From: a virus
Taxonomy: Duplodnaviria > Caudoviricetes
Length of the DNA stretch: 64,000 bases
Virus record (IMG/VR): IMGVR_UViG_3300034170_000057
Reading direction: 5' to 3' (one strand)
The translations under genes and the position numbers were made by a program. The notes under the pieces were generated by a model. The model was not told the origin of the DNA, made no database searches, and saw only the letters and a list, made by a program, of their open reading frames with translations. Of this stretch, positions 55,498-63,591 are shown in pieces. How positions within the stretch are numbered: the stretch's first letter is position 1; each line of letters starts with the position of its first letter.

Positions 55498-56740
55498 GTT
55501 TCTGAAACTCTCGAAGAGCGGGAAAGAGCGATACATTAAACTCTACCCGCATTCGAGTCACCGTTTCCTCATGACCGGTAATGTCGATCCGGATAATATC
55601 GAAAAGAAAGCACCGGCCCCCACTGGTGCTGCTCGATTCAAATCCGAGGACGAAATTCAACAGCAGCGCAAACAGCGTATTGCGACCCGCAAAGATATTT
55701 CGGACTACAACAAAACGAATGTCGCGGTAATCAATCCGCAATCTTTGCAGGCTCTCGATCAGGTAAAAGACAGCCACCTACGCGAAGCATCCGACAATAT
55801 CCAACGCAATAAGAAAGATATTGTGTCGGCTGTGCGTCAGCAGCAAAAGAAACTCCCGAACATGTACGGCAAAGGCTTGGGCGCCGTTCGGGATCTGGTA
55901 TCCGGTGAACAGCACCCGGACGATATGAGTACCACGCAAAAGCACGCAATGCAGCGCGTTTTGGGCGGCGTTGCGACCATGGCCCTTATGGGTGCTGGCA
56001 TCTTGGCGTGTGGCATGGCTGCTGCGCCGCTGGGCGTTCTTATCGGTGCAGGCCTGTTTAACGTGTGGGCCGGTTCGAAGCACGGTAAAAACCTGCGTGA
56101 CGATATCGACGAATTGCGTGCAGCACGTGAGAAGAAACGTCGTGCAGAACGTAAAGAAAACGGTTTCGACGTGGACGATGATGAGCCCCTGACTGCACGG
56201 CGTGGTTCCGCACAGAAAGATCGTGAAGAACTGGCGAAGAAAAAGAAAGAATCCGAAAAACGTTCGAAAAAGAACAACAAGGAAAGCGATTACAAAGCCG
56301 CTGCGTCTTCGGTATTTACGCCGAACACTTCCACGGAAATGACCGACGATCAAACTATCGGCCTGATTCTGGATCACGTTTCGGACGTGCTGAAATACCA
56401 ATCGGTTAAGGATTTCCAAGAGCATCGCGACGAAATGTTCGCTAATGCCAGCGCGACCCTGCCGAAAGAGGATTTCAACGAACTGCGTTATCTGCTGACC
56501 TATGCACATTGTCGCGATTACACCCCGGTCGGTGATGGCGTTTCGTTTAGCTGTGCAGGCGGTTATCCAACACTGGAAAAACTGTTTAAACGCATGGGTT
56601 ACATTGTCAGCGCTTCGGAAGTTGGCGATCAGGTTGCGTACCATTTTGATAATGGGAAAGGCCGCGCAACGTTGGGCAAATTCGACGACAATTTCTATAT
56701 TCGTTACGAAGGTGATTTCGATTACCGCACCGTTCTTTAG
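55412..56740 (+). CDS. putative virion (ejection-type) protein with a hydrophobic helical hairpin
   Basis: VLGGVATMALMGAGILACGMAAAPLGVLIGAGLFNVW inside a charged protein; AAASS and ANASA motifs. The start is uncertain (86-nt overlap). Confidence 0.55.
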   Translation: MIIALAWAFKDESHVKEMATWQKRLSKAEFLKLSKSGKERYIKLYPHSSHRFLMTGNVDPDNIEKKAPAPTGAARFKSEDEIQQQRKQRIATRKDISDYNKTNVAVINPQSLQALDQVKDSHLREASDNIQRNKKDIVSAVRQQQKKLPNMYGKGLGAVRDLVSGEQHPDDMSTTQKHAMQRVLGGVATMALMGAGILACGMAAAPLGVLIGAGLFNVWAGSKHGKNLRDDIDELRAAREKKRRAERKENGFDVDDDEPLTARRGSAQKDREELAKKKKESEKRSKKNNKESDYKAAASSVFTPNTSTEMTDDQTIGLILDHVSDVLKYQSVKDFQEHRDEMFANASATLPKEDFNELRYLLTYAHCRDYTPVGDGVSFSCAGGYPTLEKLFKRMGYIVSASEVGDQVAYHFDNGKGRATLGKFDDNFYIRYEGDFDYRTVL

Positions 56741-56748
56741 GAGGTTAC

Positions 56749-57087
56749 ATGCTCACGTTTTTGAGTGATCCTGACGAACGTCATTTGCCCATGCATGAGC
56801 GCACCACGGTTTGGGTTTGCGATGGCGATAAACGCATTGCAACCCTTGCCGCTGTGCCTGACGAAAGCGCAAACCGTTCGCAGCAAACCGCAATGTGGAC
56901 CGCAAAAATCCACCACAAACAATTCGATCCTTTCGATCATGATCAAGAATTGGACGAAGAAAATCCAAACGTTCATGTGGCACAAAGTGAGGAAGGATTA
57001 CTATCGCTGAATAATCCGAATAAGCTGGCAATTGCAGACGCCCGCCAGTGGGTGCGCGATCATTACACTGGAGGTTCCAAAAAATGA
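56749..57087 (+). CDS. hypothetical protein, 112 aa
   Basis: AGGAGG SD. Confidence 0.7.
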   Translation: MLTFLSDPDERHLPMHERTTVWVCDGDKRIATLAAVPDESANRSQQTAMWTAKIHHKQFDPFDHDQELDEENPNVHVAQSEEGLLSLNNPNKLAIADARQWVRDHYTGGSKK

Positions 57088-57905
57088 TTGTCGATCAACA
57101 CGGAAACGATATAGGCAATATGTCGCTAGCGTTCAATTTCGGTACGCCAGTTTCGACCATTGAACTCAACGGCGCTCGTTTGAACGAAGCCGGACAGCTG
57201 CCTATCAGCGCAGAGTTTTCTGGCACTGGTGAAGCGGTAACGCTGGAAGCAAACACGTGGCTGCGCCGTGCTGCTGAATATCACAATCTTTCGCGCAATA
57301 TTAACGATTACATTTTGGTGGCCGTTCCTGCAATGGTTACGCGCCTCCCCAATACCAATGGGGATTCCGTAGACCTTAAGCAATTCACCGCGTGGAATGA
57401 ACCGTGCGCACGCATGGCTTACAAAACGTGGGAAGGCCGCCCGATGTATATCGAACACCAGCACAAACCTGAATGGGTTCGTGGTCTGATTTTCGGTACG
57501 TTTATGCGCCCGACGCCGTTCAAAAACATCGAGAAATTGGTAATGCTCGCAGCCCTCGACCGCACCCGCGATCAGGTTCGTTGTGCGCGTGTTCTGAAAC
57601 GTGAATTGAACACGTATTCCATGGGCATGATGTACAGCGCTTATCAGTGTTCCGTTTGCGGGCATATTGCCGGTAAAGGAATCGGTGCGCCGTGCAGCCA
57701 TACGCGACCGGGTAAACCGACATATCGTTTGACCGATGGCCGTTTGGTTTATCGCCGTTGCATGAATATCACAGGTTTCGAATTGTCGCTGCTGGAAAAC
57801 GTTGGTGGTCGCCACGGCCAAGACGGGTACACGCAAGGCTTTGGTGATCCGTCCTATGTTTCCGCAATCGGGGATATTATTCTCGATCCGAAATCAATGC
57901 AGTAA
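57084..57905 (+). CDS. putative prohead (capsid maturation) protease with a Cys/His zinc insert (start re-called to 57084)
   Basis: PNTNGD, YIEHQH (His), YSMG (Ser), CSVCGH...CSH, GFELS...DP..VSA: layout of HK97/assemblin-fold proteases of large phages; upstream of scaffold and MCP; GGAGG SD. Confidence 0.65.
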   Translation: MIVDQHGNDIGNMSLAFNFGTPVSTIELNGARLNEAGQLPISAEFSGTGEAVTLEANTWLRRAAEYHNLSRNINDYILVAVPAMVTRLPNTNGDSVDLKQFTAWNEPCARMAYKTWEGRPMYIEHQHKPEWVRGLIFGTFMRPTPFKNIEKLVMLAALDRTRDQVRCARVLKRELNTYSMGMMYSAYQCSVCGHIAGKGIGAPCSHTRPGKPTYRLTDGRLVYRRCMNITGFELSLLENVGGRHGQDGYTQGFGDPSYVSAIGDIILDPKSMQ

Positions 57906-57916
57906 AGGGGATTTAA

Positions 57917-58060
57917 ATGGCCGAAGTATTGTGGCGAATCAAGATGCACCGTCGTGCTGAAATCACTGCGGTGTTTCTCGGCACCTATCGACCACGCGGC
58001 ATGTATGCGAGCTTTGGTGCATACGTTGTACCTCGTGAAATCGGTGTTGGTGAAGGTTGA
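57917..58060 (+). CDS. small ORF, 47 aa (MAEVLWRIKMHRRAEITAVFLGTYRPRGMYASFGAYVVPREIGVGEG)
   Basis: AAAGGGG SD; fills the gap after the protease; below the track cut-off. Confidence 0.5.
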   Translation: MAEVLWRIKMHRRAEITAVFLGTYRPRGMYASFGAYVVPREIGVGEG

Positions 58061-58205
58061 AAACCAACGAAGAATTGCCGCCCGGACATAAGCAGAAAAA
58101 CCAAGATCCTCCGAAGGATAATCACGAAGATGATTGGTCAAACGGCTGGTAAACATTCAAAGGTCTACATGCGATAGCCCATCACATTCCCGTGGTGGGC
58201 GTCGA

Positions 58206-58481
58206 ATGCAGATTAAGCGAATGTCCTACGATAAAGAACAGAAACAATTGCAGCGGTTTCATGTGGCACGCGTTATTCAACGCCGCGTTAAAGCATGGAA
58301 CCATTACCCAAATGGAACCGATACGCTCAAGCCATCTAATAAGTGGAATAAGCGCAACGCATTCAATTGCGGTCAATCGAACTGTTGGATGTGCGGCAAC
58401 CCTCGGCGTGTTAAAGGCGAAGTAACCATTCATGAATTGGTTGCAATCGAATCGTTTGAATACGCACTGAAACACATCTGA
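58206..58481 (+). CDS. small basic protein with a CxxxxCxxCGNPRR motif (start re-called to 58206)
   Basis: NCGQSNCWMCGNPRRVKGEVTIHE, a pattern common in small phage hypothetical proteins. Confidence 0.6.
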   Translation: MQIKRMSYDKEQKQLQRFHVARVIQRRVKAWNHYPNGTDTLKPSNKWNKRNAFNCGQSNCWMCGNPRRVKGEVTIHELVAIESFEYALKHI

Positions 58482-58490
58482 AAAACGTCG

Positions 58491-58506
58491 CTAATTTATT
58501 AATAGT
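58491..58506 (+). promoter_or_regulatory. motif B CTAATTTATTAATAGT
   Basis: 15/16 match to 16610; precedes the sRNA candidate. Confidence 0.5.
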
Positions 58507-58589
58507 CTACGAGGGTAGGCTTGTTGTATCTCTTTATGTCACAGCATTTTAGCCCATACAGGTTCCCCCGCCTGTGTGGGCTTTTTTTT
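58500..58589 (+). ncRNA. candidate ~90-nt small RNA
   Basis: Promoter-like CTAATTTATTAATAGT (15/16 identical to the site before the histone-like gene), 5' hairpin GTCTAC-GAGG-GTAGGC, U-rich linker, strong terminator; no credible ORF. Confidence 0.45.
58551..58589 (+). terminator. intrinsic terminator
   Basis: AGCCCATACAGG-TTCCCCCG-CCTGTGTGGGCT-TTTTTTT. Confidence 0.9.
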
Positions 58590-58610
58590 GTCCAAAATAA
58601 CTGTTTGCCC

Positions 58611-58618
58611 TAATTTAA
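58611..58618 (+). promoter_or_regulatory. motif B TAATTTAA
   Basis: Between a terminator and the head module. Confidence 0.55.
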
Positions 58619-58643
58619 ACATGTAGCATCAAGGAGTCTGCTA

Positions 58644-59006
58644 ATGGAAATGTTCATTGCGTTAGCAGCCTCGCCATTGTCTGATATGCACCAGCCCAAA
58701 ACATTTGATTTTCGTAGTCTGAAGCATCATTTGCATAACATTCAAGAAATCCGAAAGGGTTTAGTTCATTGCGAAATCAACTACGATCACGAATGTAATG
58801 GCAAGCCGCATCATAGCGCCCGCGTTGACTTCGTTTCTGATATGGGTACAGGTAGCATTCAATTCACCCTTGAAGAAACGAATTGGAAATACGAGGGTGA
58901 AACGGATATTAATGGCGAAAACACGAAATACGCAGGGTATACCGCACACAATTCTGTGCAAGCGGTTTGCCGCAAGGTTCGTGGGCTGCTGTTGAAACTA
59001 CTCTGA
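58644..59006 (+). CDS. hypothetical protein, 120 aa (head module)
   Basis: AAGGAG SD; TAATTTAA site at 58611; starts MEMFIALAAS. Confidence 0.7.
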   Translation: MEMFIALAASPLSDMHQPKTFDFRSLKHHLHNIQEIRKGLVHCEINYDHECNGKPHHSARVDFVSDMGTGSIQFTLEETNWKYEGETDINGENTKYAGYTAHNSVQAVCRKVRGLLLKLL

Positions 59007-59074
59007 AGTTTTTGAACTTTGTAATTTTTAAACGTGAGGTATAAAAACCCACAAACTCTTAAATGGAGTGAACC

Positions 59075-61030
59075 ATGTCGAATCGAAAATCGCGCCTGCG
59101 CGGCATCGTCGTTATGGCTGATAACCAAGAGCAAGCAATGGAGCTTTTCAGCGCTGTCGCTTCCGGCACCTATCGCGTTATGGAAAGTAAAAGCGGCGAT
59201 TTTGCCGTTGCTACTGCCATTTCGGATATGCAACTTCTGAACCCGATTGACGGCGAAGAAATGGTTGCAGTTGCGGATGCGGATAAGCATGAAATGGTGG
59301 CTGTAGCCTCGAATGCTGGTGAGGATATGGACGCATTCTATCAAGCCTGCTCTAGCGGTTGCGGCGCACACGTTATTACTGACAGTCTTGAACTGTTGGA
59401 TAAATGCCCAGCTTGCGCTTCCGACCTCCCAAAAATGGAAGACGCTGACTTGAAAACGAACTCTCAACCAAAAGAATTGCTGCTCGCCGTAGCAACTGAT
59501 CGCGTTTCTGCTGTTGAAGCATTCCGCGCTCTGGCCTCTGGCGAATGCGAGACTTTCGCCGCTAAATGCGACGACGTGATGGTGATTTCGAACCAACCAA
59601 TCAACTTCGATATTTACAAAAATATCCCAGCTGTTGCGGTTGCCGAATACACCCCACAACTGGCCGTGGCATCCAGCGCCACCGAAGACGGCAAATTGAA
59701 GGTGCATTACCTGACCACCGCTAGCGATAGCGGCCAAGAAATGCACATCATCGCCAGCAATCCCTCCCCGATTTTCTGCCCTGTTACCAACATGGGCCTC
59801 GTTGATCCGGAAGACGAAATGAGCGCAGAGCAAAAAGCTACTGCAAGCGCTGATTTCCTCGGCACTGCTGCCAAGTGCAAAGCCTCTGACGAAGAGGAAG
59901 AAGAGGACGAAGACGAAGACGAAGACGAAGACTTCGACGACGAAGACGAAGAGGAAGAAGACAGCGAAGAGGAAGAAGAGGAAGACGAAGACGACAACGA
60001 AGAAGAGGAAGAAGATGACGACGATCTTTCCCTCGGTCTGGCTGCCTCGAAAAAAGGCAAAAAGAAAAAAGGCGGCGTAAAGCGCAAGGTAAAACCTGAA
60101 ATGGCTACCGCAAACGCACAAACCGACGCAATCGTACCGGCTGCCGAACAGGCCCCGGCTGTTGCTGTCGCAACCGAACAAACCGAAGCAGAACAAGCCG
60201 CAGCACCAGTTGTTGCCGCTGTTGTTGAAACCACGGCTCCGGTCGAAGTTTCCGCTTCTTTCGTTTCCATCGCCAGCGCCGAAATGAAAGAAAATTCTGT
60301 TGATGTTAATTATGTAGGTAACGTCCAAGGCGAACCTACGTGGATGGCATTTCACAACGGTATTCCTTTCGCGAAAGCAATTGCTTCGGCTTCCGAAAAC
60401 CCTGCCACTTTTGCTGATCCAGCAATTGGCCGTGCTTTCAAAGCAATCGCCAGTGAACAAGGCGTGCATGCTGCGTTGGAACAACTTCGTTTCGAAGAAA
60501 TCAAACCGGTTCTGCAAATCGAACAGGTTGTTGCGGAACAAATTCAATCGCAAGTTACCGAACAAGGTAACGTGCTGGCTGAAGCAACCGCACGCGATAA
60601 ATCGGAACTCGCAACCCGCTACGAATCCGCTCTGGCGACGGCTGCACACGGTATTAACACCGGTTATTTCCGTGACATGAGCAACCCGATTGTGACCGCG
60701 CTCGCTTCCTCTTTGGAAGACGTAGGTCTGGCCGGTGCTGCTGAACTTCTGCAACGTGCTTTCATTGATCACTCGCCGGAATACCATGCCAGCATCTTGG
60801 CAAAGGCCGCTGAAATCATGCAGTACGAGCAAGTGGTTCAAAACCAGATGGCAACCGCCGTAACGCAAATCGAACCGAAAAACGTGGCTACCGCGTCCTC
60901 GCTTTCGATGGGCCGAGCGGTTCAACGTCCTGCGCAAGTGCAACAAGAAAACGTGATCGCGACCGCTTCGGCTGAGCAACCACAAAACACCGACTTCCAA
61001 AGCAAGCTGAAAGGCTTGAAACTGTTCTAA
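59075..61030 (+). CDS. putative prohead scaffold/core protein, 651 aa
   Basis: Between protease and capsid genes; Ala-rich, ~35-residue D/E block followed by KKGKKKKGG, many A[VT]AS motifs, amphipathic C-terminus FQSKLKGLKLF. Confidence 0.6.
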   Translation: MSNRKSRLRGIVVMADNQEQAMELFSAVASGTYRVMESKSGDFAVATAISDMQLLNPIDGEEMVAVADADKHEMVAVASNAGEDMDAFYQACSSGCGAHVITDSLELLDKCPACASDLPKMEDADLKTNSQPKELLLAVATDRVSAVEAFRALASGECETFAAKCDDVMVISNQPINFDIYKNIPAVAVAEYTPQLAVASSATEDGKLKVHYLTTASDSGQEMHIIASNPSPIFCPVTNMGLVDPEDEMSAEQKATASADFLGTAAKCKASDEEEEEDEDEDEDEDFDDEDEEEEDSEEEEEEDEDDNEEEEEDDDDLSLGLAASKKGKKKKGGVKRKVKPEMATANAQTDAIVPAAEQAPAVAVATEQTEAEQAAAPVVAAVVETTAPVEVSASFVSIASAEMKENSVDVNYVGNVQGEPTWMAFHNGIPFAKAIASASENPATFADPAIGRAFKAIASEQGVHAALEQLRFEEIKPVLQIEQVVAEQIQSQVTEQGNVLAEATARDKSELATRYESALATAAHGINTGYFRDMSNPIVTALASSLEDVGLAGAAELLQRAFIDHSPEYHASILAKAAEIMQYEQVVQNQMATAVTQIEPKNVATASSLSMGRAVQRPAQVQQENVIATASAEQPQNTDFQSKLKGLKLF

Positions 61031-61045
61031 TCGGAGAAATTCCCC

Positions 61046-61783
61046 ATGATCGTTGATAAATACACTCGCGCTTTCAACACCGAATTCCGCGACGTTGAAC
61101 CCGGCCTCGACCTGCGTGAAGACGGCCAAGCGCTCGTTTTCTCGAAAGTGAATGGCCGTACTTACGTGCGCCCATCGCAAGGCGTTACTGGCGAAATCTT
61201 CGCCGGTATTTCCGTGAACCGGAACACCCCGCCTTCGTTCCTGCCGAAAATCGTTTCCGGTTCCATCGTTCCGGAAAGCGGCGTTGTTGACCTCGGTCGT
61301 CTGCCACTGAATGGCCAAATGCTGGTTAAAGTCGGCGGCGACGTTCTGGAAATTTCCGCTGCTGCGCCTGTTGAAGGCAAAGTGCAAAGCGTCGGCACCA
61401 AACTGTATTTCTTCACCGGCACTCCAGCCAACGGCGGCACCCCTGCTGTTCCGGGCGATACCGGCAAAGAACTGTTTGTGCAGATGATGTACGAACCGAC
61501 CGTTTCCGAAGCCAAAACCGTGCGCGGTGATGCGCCAATCGGCGGCCTGTCGAGTTCCGAACTGGGCCGCATTGCGGTACTGACCCGTGCCGAATCCGTC
61601 GCTACCACTTTCTACGACGCCGCTGCCGATTGGTCGAACGTTCTGCGTCCGAAATTGGGCGTTGACGGTAAATTCACTTCGAGCGGTCCCGGCGAAATCG
61701 TCAACACTGTGTTGGTTCTGCAAACCCCAGTGGCTGACGCTTCTTCCTACGGCCCTCTGGTCGTCAAAATCACCAACGCTTAA
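61046..61783 (+). CDS. putative capsid decoration/minor head protein, 245 aa
   Basis: Immediately upstream of the MCP; beta-rich; GGAGA SD; highly expressed codon usage. Confidence 0.55.
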   Translation: MIVDKYTRAFNTEFRDVEPGLDLREDGQALVFSKVNGRTYVRPSQGVTGEIFAGISVNRNTPPSFLPKIVSGSIVPESGVVDLGRLPLNGQMLVKVGGDVLEISAAAPVEGKVQSVGTKLYFFTGTPANGGTPAVPGDTGKELFVQMMYEPTVSEAKTVRGDAPIGGLSSSELGRIAVLTRAESVATTFYDAAADWSNVLRPKLGVDGKFTSSGPGEIVNTVLVLQTPVADASSYGPLVVKITNA

Positions 61784-61819
61784 TCGCGGATCATTCGAAA
61801 ATCTTTGGAGATACAAAAC

Positions 61820-62920
61820 ATGTTGAACAAAATTCAAGGCGCCCGGATGGTACTGGCTGGTACTGGTGATCCGCTCGAATCCCTGCGTTATTCGAAAGGT
61901 GGTGAACTGGCCCTGTCCGCCAGCACCGGCGAATTCAACGCCAGCTCGCAAAAAGACCTCGCGCTGCAAATCGGTCGTTTGATGCAGGCTGTACAAAGCG
62001 GCGTGATCGTTCCTGAAGCTCAACAAATGGCAACCGCTTCGACTCGCGAAGATCGTCGCGATATCATGCGCGAAGCAATGGCTTCCGACGAAAACTGGAA
62101 AGCACTGGGCGCGAACATTGCGCAACAGGTTTACGAGCAATCCGAGCGCGACGGTTTCCTGCGTAAACTTTCGCAAGGTAACACCCTGCGTCAGGGCGAA
62201 GTACAACGCGTTCCAATGCCTCCGCATGATTCGATGGCAGTTGTTGCCACCGGCCCTGCTGGCGTCGGCTACCAGAACATTCGCGCACGTCAATTCCTGC
62301 CTGCCGAATTCGAAATCATCGCCAACGTTCGCGTAAACGCGCTGGACATGGAACAGGTTTCGGGCGATCTGCTGGAACACGCTTACAACGACGCGCTGCA
62401 ATCCATGATGGTGCAGGAAGACCGTCTGTGGAAAATCGCAGCTGACGCAACTGTCGGCATGATGAACCCAATCGAATACATCGCGGGCGAACTGACCACC
62501 AAAAACCTTGGTCGTCTGCGCACCGCTGTGACCGACTGGAACCTGCCCGCAACCACCGCGATCATTTCGAACGATTACTGGTCCGATATCATCGGTTCGA
62601 ACGATTTCGCAACCATGCTCGATCCGATCACCAAGTACGACTTGGCTCTGAACGGCCAGCTGGGTACGCTGGTTGGTCTGCAACTGCTGACCGATGGTTT
62701 CCGCGCACCGAACCAAAAGGTTCTGGATCGTGGCGAAATCTACGTTGTTGCCAGCCCTGAACACCACGCCGCGTACAGCACCCGTGGCGGTATCCAATCC
62801 CGTCCGGTTGACTACGCGCACGAAGGTTCGACCGCCAAAGGCTGGATGCTGTCCGAAGCGTTCTCGTTCGTTCTCGCCAACAACCGTTCCGTAGTGAAAG
62901 GTAAGCGTCTGGTTCGTTAA
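61820..62920 (+). CDS. major capsid protein (HK97 fold; start re-called to ATG 61820, 366 aa)
   Basis: Size, position after scaffold/decoration genes, strong codon bias, GGAG SD; E-loop-like LRQGEVQRVP, backbone helix LLEHAYNDALQSMMVQEDRLW, C-terminal GWMLSEAFSFVLANNRSVVKG. Confidence 0.8.
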   Translation: MLNKIQGARMVLAGTGDPLESLRYSKGGELALSASTGEFNASSQKDLALQIGRLMQAVQSGVIVPEAQQMATASTREDRRDIMREAMASDENWKALGANIAQQVYEQSERDGFLRKLSQGNTLRQGEVQRVPMPPHDSMAVVATGPAGVGYQNIRARQFLPAEFEIIANVRVNALDMEQVSGDLLEHAYNDALQSMMVQEDRLWKIAADATVGMMNPIEYIAGELTTKNLGRLRTAVTDWNLPATTAIISNDYWSDIIGSNDFATMLDPITKYDLALNGQLGTLVGLQLLTDGFRAPNQKVLDRGEIYVVASPEHHAAYSTRGGIQSRPVDYAHEGSTAKGWMLSEAFSFVLANNRSVVKGKRLVR

Positions 62921-63000
62921 TTAATCTCCGCGTCGGTTGAAGTGAAAAGGAGCGCCCCTTTAAATTTCAACCGGCGTTAGATTCTTCTGGAGATTATACG

Positions 63001-63534
63001 ATGGACATTCAGGCTCTTTTTTCACTTGCGGCATTGTGTTGCAAAAACGGAAGAGACGAATTGGCAATCCAAGTGCTTAAACAGATTTGTGATTGCGATG
63101 AATTTTCTTCGGTCCTGAACAGTTCGCTAATGCCTGCATTGAATGGTGTTTCGGCACCAGACTGTGCAACGGTTCCGATTGCTGAAAGTGGCAATGAAGG
63201 GCAAGTCGATGGACTCGATAGTTATGTCGATTACGTCGAAGAAACTTCCCCGACTGTGACCAAGTTCGGCACTGCTCCAAATTCGGAAAACTCCATCAAC
63301 CCTTCGTTGCATGGAACTGATAGCACTGCGCTTCGCCAGATTCTGTCGATTGCTTCCGCTGTCTACGTACAAAAGCAGTATCTGGAAGAGGGTGAGGTAA
63401 TTATCCTCGATCCACAATTATCGGCTTTTGCTTCTGTTGACCTCGAACCCTACGACGATGAATCGTTGGTAGTTCGCGGTAAACCGCAAGCGATGCAACC
63501 GCTTATTCCGGGCCGTATCAGGATCACGCTGTAA
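63001..63534 (+). CDS. hypothetical protein, 177 aa
   Basis: GGAGA SD; followed by a terminator. Confidence 0.65.
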   Translation: MDIQALFSLAALCCKNGRDELAIQVLKQICDCDEFSSVLNSSLMPALNGVSAPDCATVPIAESGNEGQVDGLDSYVDYVEETSPTVTKFGTAPNSENSINPSLHGTDSTALRQILSIASAVYVQKQYLEEGEVIILDPQLSAFASVDLEPYDDESLVVRGKPQAMQPLIPGRIRITL

Positions 63535-63536
63535 CG

Positions 63537-63572
63537 AAAAGGCCGCTGTGAGAAATCACGACGGCCTTTTTT
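63537..63572 (+). terminator. intrinsic terminator
   Basis: AAAAGGCCG-CTGTGAGAAATCACGA-CGGCCTTTTTT. Confidence 0.85.
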
Positions 63573-63591
63573 GTTTTTGGAGGCAGAAAAT

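Noticed and set aside
58536-58613. 25-aa ORF (MSQHFSPYRFPRLCGLFFVQNNCLP) in the sRNA region
   Set aside because: No SD at a usable distance and it reads through a strong terminator; kept only as an alternative to the sRNA model.
59890-60025. gaagac/gaagag microsatellite-like tract
   Set aside because: Simply encodes the Asp/Glu block of the scaffold-like protein.
58859-62821. 1320-aa minus-strand ORF spanning the head module
   Set aside because: Shadow of three highly biased, coincidentally in-phase + strand genes; it would cross their SDs and has no recognisable domain.
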